Positions 30,212 to 40,646 of a DNA stretch of 64,000 nucleotides are shown in pieces (within the stretch, counting starts at the first letter, position 1; every line of letters begins with the position of its first letter). Location of the stretch: positions 1,504,001 to 1,568,000 of the forward strand of contig OZ253375.1 in the NCBI GenBank assembly GCA_965261005.1, read 5' to 3'. The translations under genes and the position numbers were made by a program. The stretch comes from Deinococcus sp. GTDB taxonomy: Bacteria; Deinococcota; Deinococci; Deinococcales; Deinococcaceae. Below the pieces are notes generated by a model. That model made no database searches and had not been told where the DNA came from. It was given only the letters and a program-made list of their open reading frames with translations.

Positions 30212-31679
30212 ATTCCTGCTGCTCTTCTGTCGCTTGCGCCGTCGCCGCGGCGTCCTCCGCGATGGTCTGTTCTGGGTCGGGCCGCACCTCAGTCACAGGG
30301 TCGCCCGAGCCATCAATGGCCGCAGCGTTCGCCTCATCGCTGGTTTCCGAGTTGATTTCTATAGCGCCCGATTTCTGGTCGCCCGAGCTGTGGGGTTCTT
30401 GGTCTTGTTGGGTGTTCACCGTTGTCCGGTCGCTCAGGCGCTGTACAGCCGTCACCAGCGCCTTTTCGCGCAGCAACGAGGCGGCGTAATTTTGCAGGCC
30501 GACATCGCCCAGCTGCGTTCTCAGCTGCTGGGCGGTCATGCGGTTGGCCTGCGCCAAGGCGCCCAAGCTGGCGTCCAACTCGCTTTGGGTCAGGCCGAGC
30601 TGCATGTCCTCGGCCAACTGCTCCAAGGCGAGGTCGCGCTTCACGCGCTTCTCGGCGTTGCCGCGCAGGTCATTCATAAAGTCGTCCAGCTTGCCCTGCT
30701 CGGTCATGAAGATCTCGTACTCGGCCCACGGCACGCCTTGGCGGCCCAGGTCGTCCTGAATTTCCGCCAGCATCGCCTCGCGGCGGCGCTCGATCATGGC
30801 GCGGGGGATGTCGGCCCCCATGCCGCCGGTCAGCTGCTCCACAAAGGCCTCGCGGCGGGTCGCGTCGCCCTCCTCGCGGGCGCGGCGCTCCAACTCGGCG
30901 CGCAAGTCGGCGCGCAGCTTTTCCAGCGAGTCGAAGTTGAGGCTCTTCGCGAACTCGTCGTCGAGGGCCTGCAACTGCTTGTCCTTGACGTCCACGATCT
31001 TGACCCGCACACTGCTGGCCTCATGCTCGTGATCGCCGTGAGCATGGGCCGGCACCTCAATGGTCACCTCGTCACCCACCGACTTGCCGCTGAGGGCGTC
31101 TCGCACGTAGGCTTCGGCCGAATCGAGGTAGATGGGGTAGGTGGCGCTCTCCTCTCCTTCCTGACCCTCCTCCGGCAGCTCCTCGACCGTCACCATGTCG
31201 CTGCCCGCAACCGGACGCTCCACGCTCTCGAAGGTCGCGTTGCGCTCTTGCAAGTCGGACAGCGTGCGCTCCAGCACCTCGTCCGTGATCGCCGGGGCGC
31301 TGTCTTCAAGCGCGAAGCTGCGCCAATCGGGCAGCTGCACCTCGGGGTACGTCTCGCCCCTCACGGTGAAGTCGAAGTCGGCGTTCTCCTCCAGCGTGGC
31401 GGGGGAAACCTCGGCGTCCACCATGTTGAGCTTCAGCTCGCTGACCGCGCGCGGATAATAATTCTCCAACAACCGCTCGCGCACCTCGTCCTCGATGTAG
31501 CCGCGCCCGACCCGCTTTTCCAGCACGCTGCGCGGCGCCTTGCCGGGCCGAAAGCCGGGCACGCGCACGTCGCGCGACACCGCGCTCCAGACTTGGTTGT
31601 AGGCGCTCTGCACGTCACCTCTCGGCACTGTCACGCGAAACTCGACCTTGTTGCCTTCCCGACTGATCAGCTCTGCCAT
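30210..31679 (-). CDS. tig: Trigger factor
   Basis: GFRPGKAP ribosome-binding motif; start reassigned to ATG 31679 (GGAG RBS) because the longer ORF runs through tRNAs. Confidence 0.95.
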   Translation of the reverse strand: MAELISREGNKVEFRVTVPRGDVQSAYNQVWSAVSRDVRVPGFRPGKAPRSVLEKRVGRGYIEDEVRERLLENYYPRAVSELKLNMVDAEVSPATLEENADFDFTVRGETYPEVQLPDWRSFALEDSAPAITDEVLERTLSDLQERNATFESVERPVAGSDMVTVEELPEEGQEGEESATYPIYLDSAEAYVRDALSGKSVGDEVTIEVPAHAHGDHEHEASSVRVKIVDVKDKQLQALDDEFAKSLNFDSLEKLRADLRAELERRAREEGDATRREAFVEQLTGGMGADIPRAMIERRREAMLAEIQDDLGRQGVPWAEYEIFMTEQGKLDDFMNDLRGNAEKRVKRDLALEQLAEDMQLGLTQSELDASLGALAQANRMTAQQLRTQLGDVGLQNYAASLLREKALVTAVQRLSDRTTVNTQQDQEPHSSGDQKSGAIEINSETSDEANAAAIDGSGDPVTEVRPDPEQTIAEDAAATAQATEEQQE

Positions 31680-31731
31680 ACGTCTCCCGTCCTTGCTCAG
31701 CAATCTCTGGGCTTCAAATTTGGGCTTCAAG

Positions 31732-31755
31732 AAAAAACGGCCCGAGGTGGGGCCG
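31732..31755 (-). terminator. Intrinsic terminator after tRNA-Leu
   Basis: Minus strand CGGCCC-cacctc-GGGCCG-TTTTTT. Confidence 0.7.
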
Positions 31756-31765
31756 CCGTCAAAAG

Positions 31766-31850
31766 TGGTGCGAGGAAAGGGACTTGAACCCTCACATCTT
31801 TCGATACTAGATCCTAAGTCTAGCGCGTCTACCAGTTCCGCCATCCTCGC
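31766..31850 (-). tRNA. tRNA-Leu (anticodon TAG)
   Basis: GCGAGGA acceptor, CTAGA-CT TAG GA-TCTAG anticodon arm, long variable arm, GGTTCAAGTCC, encoded CCA. Confidence 0.97.
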
Positions 31851-31894
31851 GCTCTGGCCTCGGCTGGGCGCGCCCTTCCCGACACTGCTTTGGT

Positions 31895-31972
<78 letters not shown>

Positions 31973-32017
31973 ACACGGCCCACCAACGCGCCCCATCAAC
32001 ACACCAAGGGCTTCAGT

Positions 32018-32046
32018 ATCCTAGGGCGCTGGGGCGGCAGTGTCAA
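32018..32046 (-). promoter_or_regulatory. Promoter of the tRNA-His/tRNA-Leu unit
   Basis: Minus strand TTGACA-17 nt-TAGGAT. Confidence 0.75.
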
Positions 32047-32077
32047 GAAAAGCGGCCCTTAAAGTAGACTACCGGGT

Positions 32078-32649
<572 letters not shown>

Positions 32650-32653
<4 letters not shown>

Positions 32654-33492
32654 AGCTAGAAGGCGTGCTGAACGACCTGACCCGGCGCCTGAACGCCACA
32701 GGCGTCCCCTCGCCGCGCCACGACGCGGGGGCGCTGGTCCGGCACACCCTGCGCCTGTCTCGGCTGGATGTGCTGCTGCGCCCGGAGCGCGAGCTGAGCG
32801 GGGCCGAGTGGGCGCGGCTGGACGCCCTCGCCCGCCGCCGCGAGGCGCGCGAGCCGCTGCAACACCTGCTGGGCGAGGTGGAGTGGGGTGGCCTGACCCT
32901 CAAGGTCACCCCGGACGCCCTGATTCCGCGTCCGGAGACGGAACTGCTGTTGGAATTGGCCTTGCAAGCGCTTCAGAACGTCAGCGCGCCGCGCGTGTTG
33001 GACGTGGGGACGGGAACGGGCGCCCTGGCCCTGGGCGTCAAGCTGGCGCGCCCGGCGGCGGCGGTGTGGGCGACCGACGTCAGCTCACGGGCGCTCGAAT
33101 TGGCAAGCGAAAACGCAGATCGGCTGGGCTTCAACGTGACCTTCGCTCAGGGCGACCTGAACGCCGGCCTGAGCGGTCCCTTCGACCTGATCCTCTCCAA
33201 CCCGCCGTACCTGCCCGAATCCGACCGGCGGGGCGCCCAGCCCGAGGTGGGCTTCGATCCCGATGTGGCCCTCTACGCCGGTCCCGACGGTTTAGAGGTT
33301 GCGCGCCGCTTGGTGGGCGCCGCGCCCGCCCTGCTCGCCCCGGCGGGCTTGCTGCTGCTGGAACTGGATCCCCGAAACGTGCACATCTTGGCGAGCGAGC
33401 TGGCCAGTTGGCGCACCCAGACCCAGCCGGATCTGACGGGGCGCGAGCGCTTCTTAAAGGCGAGTCTCAGGCACTACAACAGCGGAGGCTGA
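32650..33492 (+). CDS. prmC: Release factor glutamine methyltransferase
   Basis: [29 protein letters not shown]. Confidence 0.95.
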
Positions 33493-33806
33493 ACCTCGTT
33501 CTCGTCCGGCCACCACTGAAGCCGCGCGAGGTCGCACCTGCCGGCCGAATCAAAGCTGACGCCCTCCGCCTCCAGCAGGGCGCGCTGCGCGTCGCCGAAG
33601 CCCAGCTTGTAGGTGCTGATGGCGCCCTGGGCGTTGATGACCCGCTGCCACGGCAAGTCACCCTGAGCGAGACTTTGCATGATGAAGCCGACTTGGCGCG
33701 CGTTGCCCGGCCCGCCAGAGAGCAGTGCGAGTTGGCCGTAGGTCATCACGCGCCCCGGCGGAATGCGCGCCACAAGGGCGAGCACGCGCTCCCGAAAAGC
33801 CCGCAT
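33474..33806 (-). CDS. Alkyltransferase-like (ATL) protein, MGMT family
   Basis: [25 protein letters not shown] (Trp in place of the catalytic Cys); alternative TTG start at 33818. Confidence 0.88.
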   Translation of the reverse strand: MRAFRERVLALVARIPPGRVMTYGQLALLSGGPGNARQVGFIMQSLAQGDLPWQRVINAQGAISTYKLGFGDAQRALLEAEGVSFDSAGRCDLARLQWWPDENEVQPPLL

Positions 33807-33814
33807 GGGCGCCG

Positions 33815-34672
33815 TCAACCGAATACCAGCGGCGCGTGCCCCGGCGCGCTCAGGGCCGCAAACTTCTCCAGGCCCGCCTTGTCGGGCGCTTCCAGGTGGT
33901 AGCGGAAGTTCCACAGGTAGTGCTGGACCACCCGCACGGGCAACCCCAACCGGACCGCGTGCCGCCCCGCGACCTCGCCCAGGTGCCCGATGCCGCGCCG
34001 CCGCGCCGCGCGCATGGCCAGCACGAGCGCGTGCGGCGGCGGCTTGTCCCGGCGGTAGGCCCACACCGCGAACACGAAGGGGTAGCCGGTCAAGTCGTAC
34101 CAGCGCGCCGAGAGGTCGCTGACCGTCACGCCCCCCCTCCCGTGCGGCAGGGCCAACATGCTGAGGTCCTCCCCGATGGGGCCGACCACCTCGTACCACT
34201 CGCGCAAGGCGCTGTCCCCGATGCGCAGCACGCCGTCGTACCCCCGAGACAGCAAATCCAGCGCCGTCCCCTCGGCCCGTTCCAGCCGCGCTTCTAAACC
34301 ACTCTCCAGCAACAGCACCTCCAGCAAGCCCACGCTGGTCGCGCTCTGTGACGTGAGGGCAATTCTGGCCCCGTTCAAGTCTTCCCACGGCCTTGTATGA
34401 AACAAATTCACGCTGTAGACCGGCCCCAGCACCCCCACGCCGAAGTCGGGCAGCGCCGCCAGTGTGTCCGCGTGCCGAATAAACTCCAGCGCGCTGACGT
34501 TGGCGAGGTCCACTTCGCCCGAAAGCAGGGCCGCGTTCATGTCGGTGGGGACGCCGCTGACGGCCTCCACGCCCTCCGGCAACTCCAGCGCGTCGATCAG
34601 CGGCGCGACGTTGGTGTAGTGGATCAGGCCGAGGCGGTACGGGTCGCTTGGTGGGCGGTCAGTCGGCGGCAT
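33815..34672 (-). CDS. mqnA: Chorismate dehydratase (futalosine pathway)
   Basis: IHYTNVAP, GPVYSV, SATSV, IGDSAL, TGYPFVFAVW; adjacent to mqnE. Confidence 0.9.
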   Translation of the reverse strand: MPPTDRPPSDPYRLGLIHYTNVAPLIDALELPEGVEAVSGVPTDMNAALLSGEVDLANVSALEFIRHADTLAALPDFGVGVLGPVYSVNLFHTRPWEDLNGARIALTSQSATSVGLLEVLLLESGLEARLERAEGTALDLLSRGYDGVLRIGDSALREWYEVVGPIGEDLSMLALPHGRGGVTVSDLSARWYDLTGYPFVFAVWAYRRDKPPPHALVLAMRAARRRGIGHLGEVAGRHAVRLGLPVRVVQHYLWNFRYHLEAPDKAGLEKFAALSAPGHAPLVFG

Positions 34673-35798
34673 GGGCAGCTTCAAACACCTCAAGCTCGTT
34701 GTAAAAGGCGTCGCGCAGGACCGGCACCCTCCCGGCGCGCCGGATCATCTCGATCAGCTTATGCTTGCTGAGGCCCAGCGGACTCTGCGCCCCGGCCGCG
34801 TGGGCGATGTGCTCGTCCAGAATGGTGCCGTCCACGTCCGAGACGCCCCAATCGAGACTCACCTGGGTCAGTTCCGAGCCGATCATGACCCAGTAGCCCT
34901 TGACGTGGGGAAAGTTGTCCAGGTAGAGCCGCGCGACGGCCAAGTTGCGCAGGTCGTCGAGGCCGGTGGTGAACTCGGTCTTGCCGAGATTCTGCGCGAG
35001 GCTGTTGCCCAGCGGCTGAAACGCCAGCGGAATAAAGGCGTGAAAGCCGCCGCCGAAGTCCGCCAGCGAGCCGTCCTGAAGGTCGCGCAAACGGTCCATG
35101 TGGTCCAGGCGCTCCTCCAGCGTCTCAATGTGGCCGTACAGCATGGTGGCGTTGGTCCGCAGCCCCAGCGAGTGGGCCTCGCGGTGAATCTGAAGCCACT
35201 TCTCGGCCCTCACCTTGTTCTTGGCAATCTGGTGACGCACCCGGTCGGCGAAGATCTCGGCGCCGCCTCCCGGCATGGCGGCCAGGCCCGACGCCTGAAG
35301 CTCGCGCAGCACCTCCAAGGTGGGCCGCTTGCCAATCTTGGAGAGGTGCTCGATCTCGGCGGCGGTAAAGGCCTTGACCTGCAACTCGGGGTAGGCGACC
35401 CTCAGCTTTCCCACCATCTCGGGGTAAAAGCTCCAGGGGCGGGTGGGATGGTGGCCGCTCGACATGTGCAGTTCGGTAATGCCGCTTTCCCACCGGCGCC
35501 CGACCTGCTCGACCACGCCGTCCGCGTCGTAGTCCCAAACGCGCGCCTCGCCCTTGCGCGCGGCAAAGGCGCAAAAGGTGCAGCCGACGTAGCACAAGTT
35601 GGTGAACTCCAGGCGCATGGAGTGAACGAAGTAGGTCTTGTCGCCGTGCCTGCGCTCACGCGCCAAGTTGGCGAGGCGCATCAGCGCGTTCAGGTCGCGC
35701 GTCTCGAAGAGGGCCATGCCCTCGGCAAAGGTCAGGCGTTTGCCGGCCTCGACCTTGGCGGCGACGGGCGCGAGGGCGGAATCTCGGAGCCACTGCAT
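34659..35798 (-). CDS. mqnE: Aminofutalosine synthase (radical SAM)
   Basis: CYVGCTFC, MPGGGAEIF, TNATMLYGHIE, FIPLAFQP, HVKGYW. Confidence 0.9.
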   Translation of the reverse strand: MQWLRDSALAPVAAKVEAGKRLTFAEGMALFETRDLNALMRLANLARERRHGDKTYFVHSMRLEFTNLCYVGCTFCAFAARKGEARVWDYDADGVVEQVGRRWESGITELHMSSGHHPTRPWSFYPEMVGKLRVAYPELQVKAFTAAEIEHLSKIGKRPTLEVLRELQASGLAAMPGGGAEIFADRVRHQIAKNKVRAEKWLQIHREAHSLGLRTNATMLYGHIETLEERLDHMDRLRDLQDGSLADFGGGFHAFIPLAFQPLGNSLAQNLGKTEFTTGLDDLRNLAVARLYLDNFPHVKGYWVMIGSELTQVSLDWGVSDVDGTILDEHIAHAAGAQSPLGLSKHKLIEMIRRAGRVPVLRDAFYNELEVFEAAHAAD

Positions 35799-35855
35799 GT
35801 TTGCAGTGTACGGCGCGGGGGGCGGGACAAAAGGGCGGCCCTCCTCCGCCCCGTC

Positions 35856-35978
35856 CTACTCCTTGCGGCGGGTCACGGCCAGCGCGCCGAGCAGCAGGGC
35901 CAGCACGGCGTTCAGGCACAGCCAACCCCATAGGGCCGCTTCCAGCGGAGTCAATTCAAAGATGGGCGGCAGTTCCAC
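35856..35978 (-). CDS. 40-aa single-pass membrane small protein
   Basis: GTG start after AGAGGA RBS: MELPPIFELTPLEAALWGWLCLNAVLALLLGALAVTRRKE; fills the gap between LCP and mqnE; below ORF-track cutoff. Confidence 0.6.
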   Translation of the reverse strand: MELPPIFELTPLEAALWGWLCLNAVLALLLGALAVTRRKE

Positions 35979-36022
35979 GGTCCTCTTTATTGTGCATCTC
36001 AGAAGGCTCGCGAACCGTGAAC

Positions 36023-37225
36023 TTACCTGGGCGGCGTGTCGGCGCCGAGGCGCACGGTCAAGTCGGCGCCCGGCTCGCCGGGACCTTGTTCGCCGGAACC
36101 CTGGAGCTTGACCGCGCCGTAGCCGAGGTCGCCGCGCAAACGTTCGGCGGCGCGGCGGTCGGCGGCCAGCACGACGGTGGTGTCGGCGTCGCCGCTGCCG
36201 GTCACGGCCCAGACGTTGCGGTACCCCAGGGCCTCCAGGCGCGCCTTGAGCCGCCGGGCGCTGCCGCTTGGCGCGTCCACGTTGACGACCACCACCTTGA
36301 GGGCGCGCGGGTCGCCGGGCAGCGCCTCCGGGGCGAAACGGCCCCGCGCCAATTGCCGGATCTGGGCGCGGTCAGGGGTCCAGGTGCCGCCCGGTCCAAA
36401 GCTGCCCGGCAGCAACACCGTCTCGACGCTCGGCCGGCGGGCGAGGGCGCCCAGCACCGCCGCCACGTCGGCCCTGGACAAGTCGGTGCGGACGTTCTGC
36501 GCCAGCGCCCCGACCACCCCCGGCGCGTACCACAGGCCCAGCGGCGACAGCAGCTTGTCCGACAAGGCGTGCAAGAAGCCTTGCTGGCGTTCCACCCGGC
36601 CGATGTCCCCCAGCCCGTCGTGCCGGAAACGCACGTAGGCCTCGGCCTGCGCGCCGCTGAGGTGCTGACGTCCTGGCTCGAAGTCGATGTCGAGCTGCGC
36701 GGCGGTGTCTTGGTAGTGCATGGGGCGCACAACCATGAGGGTCACCCCGCCCGCCGCGCTCGTCACGTCGCGCAGCGCCGCCAGCGATAGCAGCACGCCG
36801 CCCTCGACGGGCAAACCGGTCAGCTGCGTCACAGCGCGCTCCAGGACGTCTATCCCGCCGCGCCCGTTGGCCGAGTTGATCTTGCCCATGCCCCAACCGG
36901 GAATCTGGGTCCAGGTGTCGCGCGGGATGTTGAGCAGCTTCAGCTTGCGCTCGCCCGCCCGCAGCTGCACCAGGAGAATGGTATCGGTCAGCCCGCCGTA
37001 GTCCTCGGGCGCGCGGGTGTGGTAGCCGCTGTACTTGGGCGTGACCCCGGCCACCACAAAGGTGCGGGTGCGCTCAGGCGCGTGCGGCGGCGCGCCGTAG
37101 CGCAGCAGGGCGGGCGCCGCCGGCGCAAGGTAGGCGATTAGGGCGGCGAGCAGCAGCGAAAGCCAAAAGGCGGCGCGGGGTGGACGCTCACGGCGGGCAG
37201 GGTGCGGCGGGGACGAATCGGACAT
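36023..37225 (-). CDS. LCP (LytR-CpsA-Psr) family protein with LytR_C domain
   Basis: TDTILL, IPRDT, KINSA, YVRFRH.GLGDIGRVERQQ; C-terminal VVNV...ADLTVRLGAD. Confidence 0.92.
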   Translation of the reverse strand: MSDSSPPHPARRERPPRAAFWLSLLLAALIAYLAPAAPALLRYGAPPHAPERTRTFVVAGVTPKYSGYHTRAPEDYGGLTDTILLVQLRAGERKLKLLNIPRDTWTQIPGWGMGKINSANGRGGIDVLERAVTQLTGLPVEGGVLLSLAALRDVTSAAGGVTLMVVRPMHYQDTAAQLDIDFEPGRQHLSGAQAEAYVRFRHDGLGDIGRVERQQGFLHALSDKLLSPLGLWYAPGVVGALAQNVRTDLSRADVAAVLGALARRPSVETVLLPGSFGPGGTWTPDRAQIRQLARGRFAPEALPGDPRALKVVVVNVDAPSGSARRLKARLEALGYRNVWAVTGSGDADTTVVLAADRRAAERLRGDLGYGAVKLQGSGEQGPGEPGADLTVRLGADTPPR

Positions 37226-37308
37226 CGCTGGCTCAAGGGTACACGACCACGTGGAGGGGCGCGGATCACCAAGACCCGCGCCCCTGCGTTCGCGTCTACT
37301 TGTTGGTT

Positions 37309-38973
37309 TTATTTGGTCTGAACGTCCACGCCGCTCAGGTCCCCCCCCACGGTCACGTCCCGCTCGCCGGTGGCCGAGTAGCCGCCGTCGCCGCTGATGG
37401 TGGCGTTCACGGTGTAGTCGCCGGCGGGCAGGTTCAGGCTGTACGGAATGTTCTTGGTGCCGCTCGGCACGGTCTCTTGAAAGGGGTCGCCAACAGGGCC
37501 GTTGACGTCAAAGGCCCGCACCGTCACGGTATAGCTCTTGGCCGGCGTCGGCTCCGGCACCGGGGCGGGCGGTGGGGGCGGCAGCTGGGCCAGCGCCGCC
37601 GCGACGGCCGCCTCCGCGTTGACCAGCTTGCCGCCGCTGACCGGCGTGGCCGTTTGGGACAGCAGGGCGCGGGTGTCGGCGGCCGAAAGGTCCGGGTTGG
37701 TGGCGCGCAGCAAGACCGCCACGCCCGCCACCATCGGCGACGCCTCGCTGGTGCCGGCGGTGATTGTGTAGCCACCCGACTTGGAGAGCGCTAGGGTGTT
37801 GTCGCTGTTCACACAGTCGGAGCCGAGCCTGCCACAGCCGCCCGGCGCGACCAGTTCCAAGCCTTGGCCGCGCGCCGAGTAATCGGTGAGCTGACCGTTC
37901 GCCAGCACCGAGCCGACGCCGATCACCTTGGGGTCGCTGGCCGGGTACAGCACCGGGTTTTGCCGCTCGTTGCCCGCCGCCGCCACCATCAGAATGTCCA
38001 TTGCCGCCGCGTCGGTGATGGCGCTTTGGACGGCCCCATCGGTAAAGCCGCTCAGGTTGGCGCCGAGGCTCATGTTGATGACGCGCACGTTCTGCTTGAT
38101 GGCAGCGCGAATGCCGGCGGCGATGGACACGGTGCTGGCGCTGTTGGCGGTGCCGCTGCCGGCGACCCCAAACACCTTGACCAGAAAGAGGTCTTTTCCG
38201 CTCCAAGTCAGGCCAGCCACGCCCAGGCCGTTGTTCGTCTCCGCGCCTATGATGCCGGCCACCCCCGTGCCGTGGTCGTCCGAGTCGGACAGGTCCGGGC
38301 CGTTGCAGGCGCCGTTCTCGACCACACTACAGTCAAGTGTAGCGAAGACACGGGAAACCAAGTCGGGGTGCTTCACGTTAAAGCCGGTGTCCAGCACGCC
38401 CACCCGCACGCCGCTCAGCGCCCCGGGCTGGCCGGCCTGTAAGGCGTCCCAGGCCTGCGGCGCCCGGATGACGTTCAGGTAATTTTGGAAGATCTGTTGA
38501 CCGCCAAGCGCGACGCCCGCGTTGCCCGGCACGCCCGGATCGTTCGGCAGCGCGAGCGCCTTGTACAGGTAGTTGGGCTGAACGCGCAGCCCGGCCGCGC
38601 GCAGCTTGGCCGCGAAAGCCCCGTCCGTCTGACCGCCCGGCGTCGAGGCCACGAGCAAATTCTCGCCGGCCCGCCGCGTGCGAACGCCCGACAAGGCGCC
38701 CAAAGTTTGGGCGCCGACGCTTCCCTGATCCTGCACCACCAGCACTTGGCCCGGCACATGTGGGGCCGCCCAGTTGGCCGCCTGAAGGGTTTGGGCCGGA
38801 AGATTTTGAGCCTGAGTAGACAGCGCCTGCGGCAAGGCGCCCGGCGCGATCACGTCGCCCTTGACGGTGTAGCTGCCGGACTGCACCAGCGAGACGTTCG
38901 AGCCGCAACCGGCCAACAGCAAGCTGACGCCCACGGCGGCCAGCGCGCCGCGTCCGGTCCATAAAAAGGTCAT
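37309..38973 (-). CDS. S8 subtilase lipoprotein
   Basis: LAGC lipobox, catalytic D (VLDTG), H (HGTGVAG), S (GTSEASP), Pro-rich linker and C-terminal beta domain; start 38973 or 39003. Confidence 0.92.
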   Translation of the reverse strand: MTFLWTGRGALAAVGVSLLLAGCGSNVSLVQSGSYTVKGDVIAPGALPQALSTQAQNLPAQTLQAANWAAPHVPGQVLVVQDQGSVGAQTLGALSGVRTRRAGENLLVASTPGGQTDGAFAAKLRAAGLRVQPNYLYKALALPNDPGVPGNAGVALGGQQIFQNYLNVIRAPQAWDALQAGQPGALSGVRVGVLDTGFNVKHPDLVSRVFATLDCSVVENGACNGPDLSDSDDHGTGVAGIIGAETNNGLGVAGLTWSGKDLFLVKVFGVAGSGTANSASTVSIAAGIRAAIKQNVRVINMSLGANLSGFTDGAVQSAITDAAAMDILMVAAAGNERQNPVLYPASDPKVIGVGSVLANGQLTDYSARGQGLELVAPGGCGRLGSDCVNSDNTLALSKSGGYTITAGTSEASPMVAGVAVLLRATNPDLSAADTRALLSQTATPVSGGKLVNAEAAVAAALAQLPPPPPAPVPEPTPAKSYTVTVRAFDVNGPVGDPFQETVPSGTKNIPYSLNLPAGDYTVNATISGDGGYSATGERDVTVGGDLSGVDVQTK

Positions 38974-39066
38974 CCCCCATTCTGCGGACGGACAAGCTGA
39001 CATGGGATGAGTCAGGCTTAAGAGAATGGCAAAACCGGCGACACGGCGCTCATGACACGGTCAGGC

Positions 39067-40539
39067 TCAGCGAACGCCCAGGGCCGCCGCCGCGTCAATC
39101 ATCCCGAAGCCGAACTGCGGGTCGCGCCCCTTGTCGCCAAGGTCCCTGGCGGTCGCCTCCATGCGCGCGGTCACCTGCGCGCCCGTGCTCGCCACGCCCT
39201 TGCTGAGCAGCAGAGCGGCCAGGGCGCTCACCTGCGGGGTAGCCTGCGAGGTGCCCTCCATGCCCTCGTAATTGGGCTGGTTGTCGGTGTAGTCCCACGA
39301 GGTGGAGAACACCAGGTCACGGAAAAGCAACCCGTCGAGTGTTGCCCCGTTGTAGGCATTGTTGTGATCGCCACCTGGAGCAGAAAGCGCCACTTGGGCG
39401 TATACGTTGCTGTAGGGAGCGTGTTCGGGCACCCCTCCCGCGCCCAAGCTGACCGAGGCGACCGCCACCGCCCCGGCGCAGGCGGCCGGGTAAAAGGGCT
39501 TGGTAACAGCTTTATTACCCGCCGCCGCCACGATCAAGCTACCGGCCTTTGTCGCGTCGGTCACGGCGTTACACAGCGGCTGGGCGTCCTCGGCGCTGAG
39601 ATCTTCGCCCAGCGACAAGTTGATGACCTGCGCCGGGTGGGGATTCACGCGGGTCTTGCCCCCAAAGGAGATCGGCAAGCCAGCCGCGTAACGCAGGCCC
39701 TGCACGACGGTCCACAAGTCTCCGGCGCCATGGTCGTTCAGCACCCGGACGGGCAGAATTTTCACGGGCGCGTTCCACACCGCGCCGGCCACGCCGACGC
39801 CGTTCCAGCGTGCGGCGATAATGCCGGCGACGTGGGTGCCGTGGCTGCCCTGGTCGCGCCCTTCATAGGTGGGGTCGGTGGGGTCCTCGTCCATGCCGTA
39901 GTCGTCGCCGCCATCGACGGCGGACGGGACCAGGTCCAGCGTGCCCTGACCGGGGCACCACAGCGCCCCCAGCAAGTCGGGATGGTCGTAGCGCACGCCG
40001 GTGTCGAGGGTTGCCACCGTGACCGGCTTTTGGTAGGGGTTGTCCCGCATGTCGCGCCACACCTTGCCGTAGCCCAAGAGAGGGTAGGTCCACTGTAAGC
40101 GTGCGAACTCGTCGGTGGGCACGACCTCGCCCGTGAATGTGGCCGGCGCGGCGCCCAGCGCGTGCACGACGGCGTTGGGCACCGCGTACACCACGTCCTT
40201 GCGAGCGCGCCAAGCTTTTGCCGCGGCAACCGGATCGGCCGCGTCCAGCAGGGCCAGCGTGCCGCCCTGTCCGCCCAACGACAGGGCCTGCGCCCATACA
40301 CCGGCCGCTGCGCCCGCCGAACGAAACTTGATGATCACGCCGCGCGCCTGCGGCGTTAGGGAACTCGGGGACGGCGCGCCGCTTGGCACGGAGGCTGCCA
40401 AAGGGGCTGCCGTGGGGGCGCCGTTGGTGCCGACCAACAGGCAGCGCCCCGAGGCGTCCACGACGGACGGGGCGGCGGGGGTTCGTCCGCAGGCGACCAA
40501 GACGACGGCGAGCAGGAAAACGGCCCAGGCAGGCTTCAC
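39067..40539 (-). CDS. S8 subtilase lipoprotein
   Basis: LVAC lipobox, TLDTG, HGTHVAG, AAGN, GTSQATP. Confidence 0.92.
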   Translation of the reverse strand: MKPAWAVFLLAVVLVACGRTPAAPSVVDASGRCLLVGTNGAPTAAPLAASVPSGAPSPSSLTPQARGVIIKFRSAGAAAGVWAQALSLGGQGGTLALLDAADPVAAAKAWRARKDVVYAVPNAVVHALGAAPATFTGEVVPTDEFARLQWTYPLLGYGKVWRDMRDNPYQKPVTVATLDTGVRYDHPDLLGALWCPGQGTLDLVPSAVDGGDDYGMDEDPTDPTYEGRDQGSHGTHVAGIIAARWNGVGVAGAVWNAPVKILPVRVLNDHGAGDLWTVVQGLRYAAGLPISFGGKTRVNPHPAQVINLSLGEDLSAEDAQPLCNAVTDATKAGSLIVAAAGNKAVTKPFYPAACAGAVAVASVSLGAGGVPEHAPYSNVYAQVALSAPGGDHNNAYNGATLDGLLFRDLVFSTSWDYTDNQPNYEGMEGTSQATPQVSALAALLLSKGVASTGAQVTARMEATARDLGDKGRDPQFGFGMIDAAAALGVR

Positions 40540-40646
40540 GGGCGAACTATAAAGGCTTTTTCAAGAAGATGATGTGAAGGTGGCCTCATACGGATTCAGC
40601 TTCCTGCCTTTCCAGCGCGTCCCGACAGGTGGGATGCGGGCGCCGC

